Part shown: positions 1-8,343 of the stretch, in pieces | Layout of the letters: each line of letters starts with the position of its first letter | How positions within the stretch are numbered: position 1 is the stretch's first letter | NCBI GenBank assembly: GCA_018895275.1 | Contig: JAHIOQ010000125.1 | Location: 1 to 47,884, forward strand | DNA: 47,884 nucleotides | Source: Candidatus Omnitrophota bacterium | GTDB lineage: Bacteria; Omnitrophota; Gorgyraeia; B26-G9 | Reading direction: 5' to 3' | Position numbers and translations under genes: made by a program | Notes under the pieces: generated by a model | Databases searched by the model: none | Seen by the model: the letters and a program-made list of their open reading frames with translations, nothing else | Told to the model about the DNA's origin: nothing

Positions 1-112
<112 letters not shown>

Positions 113-133
113 AAGAAAAGAAGATGGGGGAAA

Positions 134-248
134 ATGGCGCGGGTATAAAAAAATAATTATTTGGCAAAAGGCAGATGATTTAGCATATAAGGTATATGTG
201 GAATCTAAAGTTTTACAAATCGTTAGGATAATTACTTATGACTTATGA
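134..248 (+). pseudogene. Internally deleted, frameshifted four-helix-bundle (23S rRNA IVS/Avd-like) remnant, copy 1
   Basis: ATG GCG, an extra C at 140, then GYKKIIIWQKADDLAYKVYVESKVLQIVRIITYDL*. YxxLxxWQKAxxLxxxVY is the typical N-terminus of this family. Confidence 0.8.
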
Positions 249-1608
249 CTGTGAACTTGTGACTAACAAAAGCGCTTTTACTCTTATCGAACTGATGGTA
301 TCCAGCGCGATATTAGTTGCGGTTTTATCTACTTTTTTAGTTACTTTTAACCGGACGCTTAATTTGGCAGAGCAGAGCCGCGATGATTACCTTGCCGGTT
401 CCGCGGTGCGGATGAAATTGGAAGAGATACGCAGTCATAATTTTAGCAGTATTAGGGCGGATTATGGGGCCGGTGGGACGCCGGGTAATACCTTTGACAT
501 TGCCGGATTGGCGGGAAAGGGAAGCATAGCAATAAGTGACCGGCCTGCGCTTTATGGAGGGGGAGAAAACCAGGCAACGGCTGCGGCCGGATGGGCAATA
601 AGAGATGGGCATACATCTTTAGTTTATGACAACAAAATGTGGTTAATAGGCGGTGAAGATGGCACTACTTGCTTTAATGATGTCTGGTATTCCACTAATG
701 GAATAAACTGGACACTGGCAACTGCCTCAGCCGGCTGGGAAGGACGAGCTTATCATACTTGTTTAGTCTATGACAACAAGATATGGATAATGGGTGGCAT
801 GAAGCCACCGGCTATTTATCTGAACGATGTCTGGTATTCTGTAGATGGTATAAACTGGACTGAAGCCACTTCTGCTGCTGCCTGGTCGGCTCGAAATAGC
901 CATACCTCCTTAGTCTATGACAACAAGATGTGGGTCATGGGCGGTTATGCTGCTAAAAACGATGTCTGGTATTCTACTGATGGAATCAACTGGGTCCAAG
1001 CCACAGCTTCAGCTGTCTGGCAGCCAAGAAATGCGCATACATCTTTAGTTTATGATAATAAGATGTGGGTAATTGGTGGGCAAGCTGGTAGCCGTCTAAA
1101 TGACGTGTGGTATTCTGTTGATGGAGTGAACTGGGCCCAGGCCACAGCTTCAGCTGCCTGGGTAGGCAGAAGCTTACATACATCTTTAGTTTATGATAAC
1201 AAGATGTGGGTGATTGGCGGGTATGTTGGAGTGAAAAAAAACGATATCTGGTATTCCACCGACGGCGCAAACTGGGTGCAAGCAAAATCTGCTGCAAATT
1301 GGTCCCCTCGATATGGCCATAGTTCTTTGAACTATGATAACAAGATGTGGGTGATAGGGGGGTATGATGATGATTATAAAAACGACGTCTGGTATTCAGT
1401 TGGCTATGACCGGCTGCTGGAGGTGGTAATTACCGTTTGCTGGCAGGACAAGAGCGGCCGGATTATCGGCGAGGATACAAATCTTAATGGTATTCTTGAT
1501 GCCGGAGAAGATGTGAATGTAAACGCTGAACTGGATTCACCGGTTAATTTCCGGGAATTTATTACGGATAAGGAGAAGTTAACAAGGATATATTTGGGAG
1601 GTAGTTAG
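238..1608 (+). CDS. PilV-like minor pilin with an inserted six-bladed Kelch beta-propeller
   Basis: Prepilin motif SA|FTLIELMV plus hydrophobic helix; six ~47-aa repeats (HTSLVYDNKMWVIGG...NDVWYSxDGxNW); acidic C-terminal EDxNxNGxLDxGED. Confidence 0.88.
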   Translation: MTYDCELVTNKSAFTLIELMVSSAILVAVLSTFLVTFNRTLNLAEQSRDDYLAGSAVRMKLEEIRSHNFSSIRADYGAGGTPGNTFDIAGLAGKGSIAISDRPALYGGGENQATAAAGWAIRDGHTSLVYDNKMWLIGGEDGTTCFNDVWYSTNGINWTLATASAGWEGRAYHTCLVYDNKIWIMGGMKPPAIYLNDVWYSVDGINWTEATSAAAWSARNSHTSLVYDNKMWVMGGYAAKNDVWYSTDGINWVQATASAVWQPRNAHTSLVYDNKMWVIGGQAGSRLNDVWYSVDGVNWAQATASAAWVGRSLHTSLVYDNKMWVIGGYVGVKKNDIWYSTDGANWVQAKSAANWSPRYGHSSLNYDNKMWVIGGYDDDYKNDVWYSVGYDRLLEVVITVCWQDKSGRIIGEDTNLNGILDAGEDVNVNAELDSPVNFREFITDKEKLTRIYLGGS

Positions 1609-1629
1609 TTTATAGAGTTTATTGGGCAC

Positions 1630-1706
1630 AAGTCAGAAGTCAGAAGTCAGAAGTCAGAAGTCAGAAGTCAGAAGTCAGAAGTCAGAAGGAAGAAGTCAGA
1701 AGGAAG
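1630..1706. repeat. Heptamer array of 11 units: (AAGTCAG)x8, AAGGAAG, AAGTCAG, AAGGAAG
   Basis: Counted directly. Confidence 0.97.
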
Positions 1707-1714
1707 AGGGGAAA

Positions 1715-1831
1715 ATGGCGGGATATAAAAAATTAATCGTTTGGCAAAAGGCAGATGATTTAGCATATCAGGTATATGTGGAGACTATGGAAATTTTACA
1801 AATCGTTAGGATAATTACTTATGACTTATGA
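1715..1831 (+). pseudogene. Internally deleted four-helix-bundle remnant, copy 2 (open 38-aa mini-ORF)
   Basis: MAGYKKLIVWQKADDLAYQVYVETMEILQIVRIITYDL*; purine-rich RBS (GAGGGG) upstream; its 3' end overlaps the start of the next pilin gene. Confidence 0.82.
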
Positions 1832-2435
1832 CTGTGAACTTGTGACTAACAAAAACTCAAGTAACTCAAGACGCGCTTTTACCTTAATAGAAATGATGAT
1901 GGTCATCAGTATGTTTTCTGTTATCATGGGCATTGTTTACGCGGCGTTAAGGACAAATGATGTTTATAACGGGCTTATACAGATTCAGGTGGACTTGTAT
2001 CGTCAGAATCAAAGAGCCCTGTCTTCGATATCGGAAGAATTAAAGAAGTCGAATTTGGCAACGAGAGTTACTATTCAGGATGGGGCGGGAGTAAATAATA
2101 CGGACATTATTTACTTTCAGCTGCCAATTGGACTGGATAATAATTATAACATAATCTGGGGAGCGGATGGCACAAATAATTATTATGCGCGTTATCGGTT
2201 AGACGCGACGGCTGCATTTCTACTGCGCGATATCCTGGCCGCGGGGCTTACCCCGGCCGCGGGGACCGGGCAGCAGAAGGCATATAGGATTATTGATTTA
2301 CAGTTCGCGGATTCCGCGTTGGATGCATCTGTTCCGTCCGGCAGTATAAGAATTACAAGTACGGCACAAAGGCAAAGCCCGGATAAACATAATATAACTT
2401 TATCTAATAGTGCCTTGGTGTATTTGGAAAATTAA
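1821..2435 (+). CDS. PilW/PulJ-like minor pilin
   Basis: RRA|FTLIEMMMV prepilin motif plus hydrophobic helix; position in the operon. Confidence 0.88.
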   Translation: MTYDCELVTNKNSSNSRRAFTLIEMMMVISMFSVIMGIVYAALRTNDVYNGLIQIQVDLYRQNQRALSSISEELKKSNLATRVTIQDGAGVNNTDIIYFQLPIGLDNNYNIIWGADGTNNYYARYRLDATAAFLLRDILAAGLTPAAGTGQQKAYRIIDLQFADSALDASVPSGSIRITSTAQRQSPDKHNITLSNSALVYLEN

Positions 2436-2575
2436 CAGTCAATAGTCAGAAGTCTAAAGTCAGAAGTCAGAAGTCAGAAGTCAGAAGTCTAAAGTCAGAA
2501 GTCAGAAGTCAGAAGTCAGAAGTCAGAAGTCAGAAGTCAGAAGTCAGAAGTCAGAAGTCAGAAGTCAGAAGTCAG
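2436..2575. repeat. Heptamer array of 20 units (mostly AAGTCAG, two AAGTCTA) filling the whole intergenic space
   Basis: 140 bp = 20x7, running from the base after the TAA (2435) to the base before the ATG (2576). Confidence 0.97.
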
Positions 2576-3310
2576 ATGAAAACTAAAAATTCAAATAAGG
2601 GCATGATTTTAATCGGCGTAATTCTCGTAATTTTTGTCGTTATGGTTTATCTTTCCAGTCAGACTTTTCTTGTTGTTTATGACCAGAAAAATTTACAAAA
2701 GGAAAAAAAAGCGCAGTCCGCGGTATTTTTTGCCAAAGCCGGATTAGAAAGGGCTATGCTGGATTTGTATCTGGATGATGATTCCTGGCTTGACGGGGAA
2801 ATCAATAATAATGCCGTTACGGTTGCGGACGTAAATAATCCCGATAACTTTGTTTCTTTATATAATAATCAGCCTTTAGGGGATGGGTTTTATACGGTAG
2901 AGATTGATTATTTACAGAAAGACCCTTCCGGGGGCTCTCCCCCCTGGGATTTTTATGATAAACGCATGTTTTTGCGTTCTACGGGAACAGCTTCTGACGG
3001 CACACAGAAGATTTTGGAGCAAATAGCCCTTTGGTACCCGATTAAAAATCTTACGCAAGGGATTTTGTACACGTCTTTACAAAACGCGGTAGATGATGCC
3101 CAGGATAATGACGATATAGCTGTTACCATGGTAAAACTGGCGGAGAATATCGTTATCTCTCCGGCCGCGTATAAACGCTACAAAATCAAGGGAGGATATG
3201 ATTCTCTTTTTCAAATTCGTTTGATCGCGGAATATCCGACAATTATTGCCGGAACCGTAAATATAGGTACAAATGCGGATGTTGAATTAAGCGGCATTAC
3301 TATTGAGTAA
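2576..3310 (+). CDS. PilX/GspK-like minor pilin
   Basis: KG|MILIGVILV leader without E5; AxFxAxAGLExA motif; lies downstream of the PilV/PilW-like genes. Confidence 0.8.
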   Translation: MKTKNSNKGMILIGVILVIFVVMVYLSSQTFLVVYDQKNLQKEKKAQSAVFFAKAGLERAMLDLYLDDDSWLDGEINNNAVTVADVNNPDNFVSLYNNQPLGDGFYTVEIDYLQKDPSGGSPPWDFYDKRMFLRSTGTASDGTQKILEQIALWYPIKNLTQGILYTSLQNAVDDAQDNDDIAVTMVKLAENIVISPAAYKRYKIKGGYDSLFQIRLIAEYPTIIAGTVNIGTNADVELSGITIE

Positions 3311-3315
3311 ACTAT

Positions 3316-3355
3316 GTTTTTTAGTTTTTCAGTTTTTATGTTTTTCAGTTTTTAA
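3316..3355. repeat. Octamer tandem array GTTTTTNN x5
   Basis: GTTTTTTA GTTTTTCA GTTTTTAT GTTTTTCA GTTTTTAA. Confidence 0.85.
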
Positions 3356-3369
3356 GTGAGAACAAAAAT

Positions 3370-3990
3370 ATGCACTTAGTTAATCTTTTACCCGAAGAGC
3401 AGCATGTAAGAAAATCCGGGCCGCTGCTGATGATATCGCCTGAAATAGCAAGGCTTATTTTCGCGGCTGTTGCGATTACTGTTTTTTTGGGGGCATGGTG
3501 GCTGGTTCTTAAGTTAAAGATCGATGAAACGAGAGAAAAATTATCGGAAATTGAAGTTTCCTGGAAAGCGGCTGAAGTATTGGTTAAAGAACGCACGGAG
3601 TTAATTGAACAAAAAGAAAAAGCGGAAAAAACAGTTGTTTTCCTGCACCAGTTTTTAAGCAGGGACATCGTTTGGTCGGAAAAGTTTAAACGACTTGCGC
3701 TGCTTACTCCTCCGGAAATTTGGTTTATGGAATTAGCCCTGGAAAAGGAAGATATCCGGGGCCAAGATAAAGCCGTGTCAAAGAGGTTTTTGCAGCTTGT
3801 TGCCAATGTCGGGTTTTTAGGCACGGATGATGAAATGCTTTCAAAAATAAATAAATTTATTGAAAACATTAAAAAAGACAGCTTCTTCGAGAAAAATTTT
3901 GAAGATCTGAGTATGCTTAATTTAAGAAAAGATGACAAAGCCGGGCAACAGGTAATAAATTTTAAGATCAGGATTGATTTGGAAAAATAG
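3370..3990 (+). CDS. pilN: PilN-like pilus alignment protein
   Basis: N-terminal VNLLP motif, TM helix, coiled coil, then WS..L..L....PPEIW. Confidence 0.85.
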   Translation: MHLVNLLPEEQHVRKSGPLLMISPEIARLIFAAVAITVFLGAWWLVLKLKIDETREKLSEIEVSWKAAEVLVKERTELIEQKEKAEKTVVFLHQFLSRDIVWSEKFKRLALLTPPEIWFMELALEKEDIRGQDKAVSKRFLQLVANVGFLGTDDEMLSKINKFIENIKKDSFFEKNFEDLSMLNLRKDDKAGQQVINFKIRIDLEK

Positions 3991-3999
3991 GGTAGAGAG

Positions 4000-4596
4000 A
4001 TGGATTTTTACGTCGAAGACAGAGAAAAATTATATTTATACATAGGGATTAATTTAGTTATAATTGCCGGGGCAATGATTTTCTTTTTTACCGGGATATC
4101 CCCCCGGATTAAGATGCTTAATTTACAGAGAAATATGGTAAAAGAACGGCAAGCAGAACTTGCCCGGCGGCAGGAAACTATTCAGGAGAATGAGCGTTTA
4201 AAACAGGAGCTTATGGAGGTAAATAGATATCATGAGACCTCTACGGACATGCTTTTTTTTAAAGAGGACGTGACGCTGGTAGTAAAAGAAATTACGTCTA
4301 TATGCAGAGATTTGCAGATTGAATTTGTTTCCATTGCTCCTTTGTCCTCTAATGTTGTAGCGGATCTTCCGGAAAATGCCCCGTTTTTTTTAAAACAGTT
4401 AACGGTTGTTTTTCAGATGCGTGCCGATTATTCGAAGTTGTTAAGATTTTTAGAAAGAGTGGAAGAGTCGAGAAAGCTGCTGAAAATAGAAGCGTTCCGA
4501 ATTAAAAAAAATTTAAAAAATCCAATGGTGCATGATGCGGAAATGATTTTAAATGTTTTTAGCGCAACCAGGAACCGCTCAATTGATAAGCAATAA
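4000..4596 (+). CDS. pilO: PilO-like pilus alignment protein
   Basis: TM plus coiled coil plus YxxLLxFLxxVExSxxLxxI motif; follows pilN. Confidence 0.85.
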   Translation: MDFYVEDREKLYLYIGINLVIIAGAMIFFFTGISPRIKMLNLQRNMVKERQAELARRQETIQENERLKQELMEVNRYHETSTDMLFFKEDVTLVVKEITSICRDLQIEFVSIAPLSSNVVADLPENAPFFLKQLTVVFQMRADYSKLLRFLERVEESRKLLKIEAFRIKKNLKNPMVHDAEMILNVFSATRNRSIDKQ

Positions 4597-4601
4597 AGGA
4601 G

Positions 4602-5015
4602 ATGTATAATTTCGATATGGAAAAATCCGCAACTAAAGAAATCTCAAGTGGTAAGCGCCGGCGGGGCTCAGTGTGTTTTTTCTTGCTGCGGTTATTTATA
4701 TGGCTTATAATAATAACAAATGCCGGTTTATTGCGCGCAGAGGTCCAAAGAGACCCTTTTGTTTCATTAAGTGATAACCGGCAGGAGACTAAGGAGTTTT
4801 TTGACATATCAAAATTACCTTATGCTATAGAGTTAAACGGAATTATTTGGAAAGAGAATAAATCAGTAGCGATTATAAATAATGAAATTGTTCAAAAAGG
4901 AGACAGCTGGAAAGATTTTAGGGTTGTGGAAATTAAAAAGGACAGAGTGATTTTAGAATATGGAGAGGTTACTTGTGAACTCCTGTTAAAGGGGAAAGAG
5001 AGTAAAAACCCTTAA
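4602..5015 (+). CDS. PilP/GspB-like protein (start uncertain)
   Basis: RDPF motif and LxGIIW...AIINNEIVxxGD beta domain; lies between pilO and the secretin. Confidence 0.75.
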   Translation: MYNFDMEKSATKEISSGKRRRGSVCFFLLRLFIWLIIITNAGLLRAEVQRDPFVSLSDNRQETKEFFDISKLPYAIELNGIIWKENKSVAIINNEIVQKGDSWKDFRVVEIKKDRVILEYGEVTCELLLKGKESKNP

Positions 5016-5077
5016 TTTTTAAAATCAGAAAGAAGGGCGTTTGAATTATTGGATAAGATAAGCAAGGAGGCGAGAGA

Positions 5078-6466
5078 TTGAAAAGATTTTGGATGGGGTT
5101 ATTTGTTTTTACGGTGACAATGATCGCTTTGACTATTTATAATAAACCTGTTTTTGCTCAATCGGAAGATATGCCGGGAATTAGTATAAAGGAAGACAAT
5201 TTAATCGATTTGGATATGAAAGATGTGGATATGAAAGATGTGGCAAGGATGTTTTCCCGTATCAGCGGTTTGAATATCATTATCAGTGAAGCAGTTAAAA
5301 ATAAAGTTACTTTAAGCGTTACTAATGCGGATTGGGAAAGCGCGTTGCAGATGATTTTAAAAACATATGGTTTAGTTTCTATCCGTGAGGGAAATTTTTT
5401 AAGGATTCTAACGTATAGCGAGTTGCAGCAGGAAGAAATAAATGTTCCGTTAATATCAAGGGTAATATTTTTGAATTTTGCCAAGGCAGAAAGCATGCGG
5501 AGTTCTCTTGAGTCGATAAAATCAGCGCGGGGAAGGATTAATGTCGATATAAAAACAAACAGTTTAATTATAACCGATAGCCCGGCAAACATCCAAAAAA
5601 TGGAAAAGGTTATGGGAGAGCTTGATAAACGTACGCCGCAGGTTTTAATTGAAGCTTTGATGCTGGATGTGAAACTTAGCGAGGATGAACAACTGGGAGT
5701 AAATTGGATGCTGGGAGATAAGGATACGATACATGATGATAATGATTATAATGATAGGTATGTACGGCAGAATTTAAGCGCGGGCAGGGTAGAAGGGATT
5801 TTAAAGTACGGGAAAACTATTTATAAAAATACGGAGTTAAACGCGCTTATTGACTTTTGGCGGCAAAATCAGAAAGCGGAGGTGTTGGCGAACCCCAAGG
5901 TAATGACTTTAGACGGATTGACGGCAAAAATAGAGCTGAGCGAAGAGGTTCCGTATATCCAATCCACGATATCTTCCGATACAGGATCGATAACGTCTAC
6001 CGTTTCATTTAGGAATGTGGGGATAAAGCTTGATGTTACGCCTACGATTAGCGCTGAAGGATTTGTTTCTTTAACGATTAAAACCGAACAGAGTTTTCGA
6101 ACCGGAACAATCGGGGGCCAGCCGATCGTTGATTCCCGGAAAGCGGAAACCAACCTTTTGGTGAAAAGCGGAGAAACGATTGTAATCGGCGGCTTGCGGA
6201 AAAAGAATAAAACGGACACGATAGATAAAATACCATTATTGGGCGATCTGCCTGTAATCGGCAAGATGTTTAGAAGAAAGGTGACTTCATCTACCGATAC
6301 TGAATTGCTTCTTTTTGTGACGCCATTTGTAGTTAATCAGCCGCAATTAACTCCCCGAGAGCAACTAAATTTGGGAAAGTTTGATTCTGTCAGGGATGAA
6401 AGAAAAAATATCCTGGATTCTAATACGAAAGATGCGGAGCCTTTTCCGTTGCGTCCGTTAGAGTGA
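5078..6466 (+). CDS. pilQ: Secretin, PilQ/GspD family
   Basis: Signal peptide, N domains, QVLIEA, and GETIVIGGL...KIPLLGDLPVIGKMF...ELLLFVTP secretin motifs; TTG start after AAGGAGG. Confidence 0.95.
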   Translation: MKRFWMGLFVFTVTMIALTIYNKPVFAQSEDMPGISIKEDNLIDLDMKDVDMKDVARMFSRISGLNIIISEAVKNKVTLSVTNADWESALQMILKTYGLVSIREGNFLRILTYSELQQEEINVPLISRVIFLNFAKAESMRSSLESIKSARGRINVDIKTNSLIITDSPANIQKMEKVMGELDKRTPQVLIEALMLDVKLSEDEQLGVNWMLGDKDTIHDDNDYNDRYVRQNLSAGRVEGILKYGKTIYKNTELNALIDFWRQNQKAEVLANPKVMTLDGLTAKIELSEEVPYIQSTISSDTGSITSTVSFRNVGIKLDVTPTISAEGFVSLTIKTEQSFRTGTIGGQPIVDSRKAETNLLVKSGETIVIGGLRKKNKTDTIDKIPLLGDLPVIGKMFRRKVTSSTDTELLLFVTPFVVNQPQLTPREQLNLGKFDSVRDERKNILDSNTKDAEPFPLRPLE

Positions 6467-6528
6467 AAAGGCAGGATATGTGATACATGAGTTATCTGCC
6501 ATAGCACCATAGCAATGGAAAGGGTTCT

Positions 6529-7209
6529 ATGGCAGGGAGGTATAATTTGTTTCGTTTCACTATTAAAATTAAACTTTTCTTAAGCGCCTTTTTTATTTAT
6601 CTGGCTGTTCTTTTAATAATAAGTGATTTATGCCCGGGGGCCGAGTTAATTGAGGAAAATAAATCAGATGAAAAGGAAATACAGTATAGGCTGGATAAAG
6701 AAGAAGCGATGCTTTGGGCACTGCTGAACTGTGTTAATGAAGACGGCACTGCTTATGAAGAAGAGTTTATTAAATCCCATGTGCCTAAAAATAGAAGAAA
6801 TAGAAATTCTTCCGTCGCGAAGAATTCAGCGGTAAGGGCTGAATTGGGAAATGAAGAACAATTGAAAAATAAGAAAAAAAGGACGCATTATCAACTGGGC
6901 TATCAATATGCGCAAGAGGGAGATTATTTGTCGGCAATATCTCAGTTTGAGATGATTTTAAAATATGACATCCTGGATAAAAATTCGTATTATAACTTAG
7001 GTTATCTTTATGCCAAAATAGGCAGATATGAAGATGCCGTAAAGGCATATCACCGGGCATTGCAATTATCCCGCGATCCGAATGATGGCCAGATATACTA
7101 TAATTTAGCTTTAATTTACGATAGCGGGTTAAAGGATAAAGAAAAATCAAGGCAATATTACGAGAAGTTTTTAGACGCTTCCAATATTTTTTCGGAAAGA
7201 AAGAGATGA
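6529..7209 (+). CDS. Membrane-anchored TPR protein
   Basis: N-terminal hydrophobic segment; TPR motifs (HYQLG, YYNLG, YYNLA). Confidence 0.8.
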   Translation: MAGRYNLFRFTIKIKLFLSAFFIYLAVLLIISDLCPGAELIEENKSDEKEIQYRLDKEEAMLWALLNCVNEDGTAYEEEFIKSHVPKNRRNRNSSVAKNSAVRAELGNEEQLKNKKKRTHYQLGYQYAQEGDYLSAISQFEMILKYDILDKNSYYNLGYLYAKIGRYEDAVKAYHRALQLSRDPNDGQIYYNLALIYDSGLKDKEKSRQYYEKFLDASNIFSERKR

Positions 7210-8225
7210 GCAAGTTGAATAATAAAGATTCAGCAATTGGCCTGGATATCGGCAATTTCAGCATAAAGGCTGTTAGCCTGGGAACGGCCGGCTTCGGTAA
7301 GAAAAGAAGTTTTTCTTTTGGCATAAGTCCTATTCCGGAAAATGCAACGAATTCCCAGATTTCCGAAATAATTCGAAAAACTTTAGGGAAAGCCGGCATA
7401 ACTTCCTCACGGGTAAATATTGCCGTCAGTGGGCCGCATCTTTCGTATAGATTTATCCGGATGCCGGTTATGCGCCGCTCTGAACTGAAGGGCGCGCTGC
7501 AATTGGAATTGGATAAATATATACCTTTTAAATCCGAAGAGGTAATTTGGGATTGTCATATATTGGAAACCGTAGTTGTTCCAAGTGTAGGAAGACAACT
7601 GGTAGTTTTACTTGTTGCGGTTAAAAAAGATTTTCTGGCAGAACGTATAAGTATAGTTAAAAATGCAGGCCTTGAACCGCAGCTTGTTGATATCGATGTT
7701 TTAGCTTTAATGAATGCCTTTAATTTTATGCACCGAAGTGAAGAAAAAAAAGTTTACGCGCTTATGAATATGGGGTCTTATTTTACAAATATTGTGGTGA
7801 TAAAAAAGGGGATGCCTCAATTCGCGCGCGATATTTTATGGGGAGGCCGCGATATAACTCAAATATTAGCAGAAAGACTGCACTTGGCTTATTCTACGGC
7901 AGAAGCAACAAAGTATAATATTGGAGAGGAAGATAAAGACATTATAAGGCTGATAAAGATTGTTCTTGAAAATTTGTGCAATGAGCTTAATATCTCTTTC
8001 GAATATATAAAAAAAGAGATAGGAAAAGAAATAAGCGTGGTATATCTCAGCGGAGGTTCTTTGCGTTTATACGATGCGGAAAAATTTCTCGAACACAGCC
8101 TGGGGCTAAAGGTTAAAAGGTTTAATTTCAGCAATGTTTTTAATTTTAACGGCAATATCTCTCCGCAGGAATTGGAGCTTGTTTTGCCGGAATTGGTTGT
8201 TGCTGCAGGGCTTGCTTTAGATTGA
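7206..8225 (+). CDS. pilM: Type IV pilus assembly protein PilM
   Basis: Actin-like motifs IGLDIG..SIK, YIPF, LSGG and the C-terminal AAGLAL. Confidence 0.93.
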   Translation: MSKLNNKDSAIGLDIGNFSIKAVSLGTAGFGKKRSFSFGISPIPENATNSQISEIIRKTLGKAGITSSRVNIAVSGPHLSYRFIRMPVMRRSELKGALQLELDKYIPFKSEEVIWDCHILETVVVPSVGRQLVVLLVAVKKDFLAERISIVKNAGLEPQLVDIDVLALMNAFNFMHRSEEKKVYALMNMGSYFTNIVVIKKGMPQFARDILWGGRDITQILAERLHLAYSTAEATKYNIGEEDKDIIRLIKIVLENLCNELNISFEYIKKEIGKEISVVYLSGGSLRLYDAEKFLEHSLGLKVKRFNFSNVFNFNGNISPQELELVLPELVVAAGLALD

Positions 8226-8343
8226 GGCGCGTGATGCCAAATCCGGTTTTTCAATTGTTTTGGCGGAATTTGATGCAAGTTCGCAGCAACGGGAGATTAT
8301 TCTTACGTTTATCGGTTGTTAGAACCAGAAAAGATCGGGAAAT

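Noticed and set aside
600-1400. Regularly spaced ~30-bp DNA repeats resembling a CRISPR array
   Set aside because: They are in-frame Kelch blades inside a CDS, vary at synonymous sites and have a ~141-bp period; no cas genes are present.
1622-1714. ORF extension encoding SQKSEVR repeats
   Set aside because: This is simply translation of the heptamer array from a TTG without an RBS. The credible start is the ATG at 1715.
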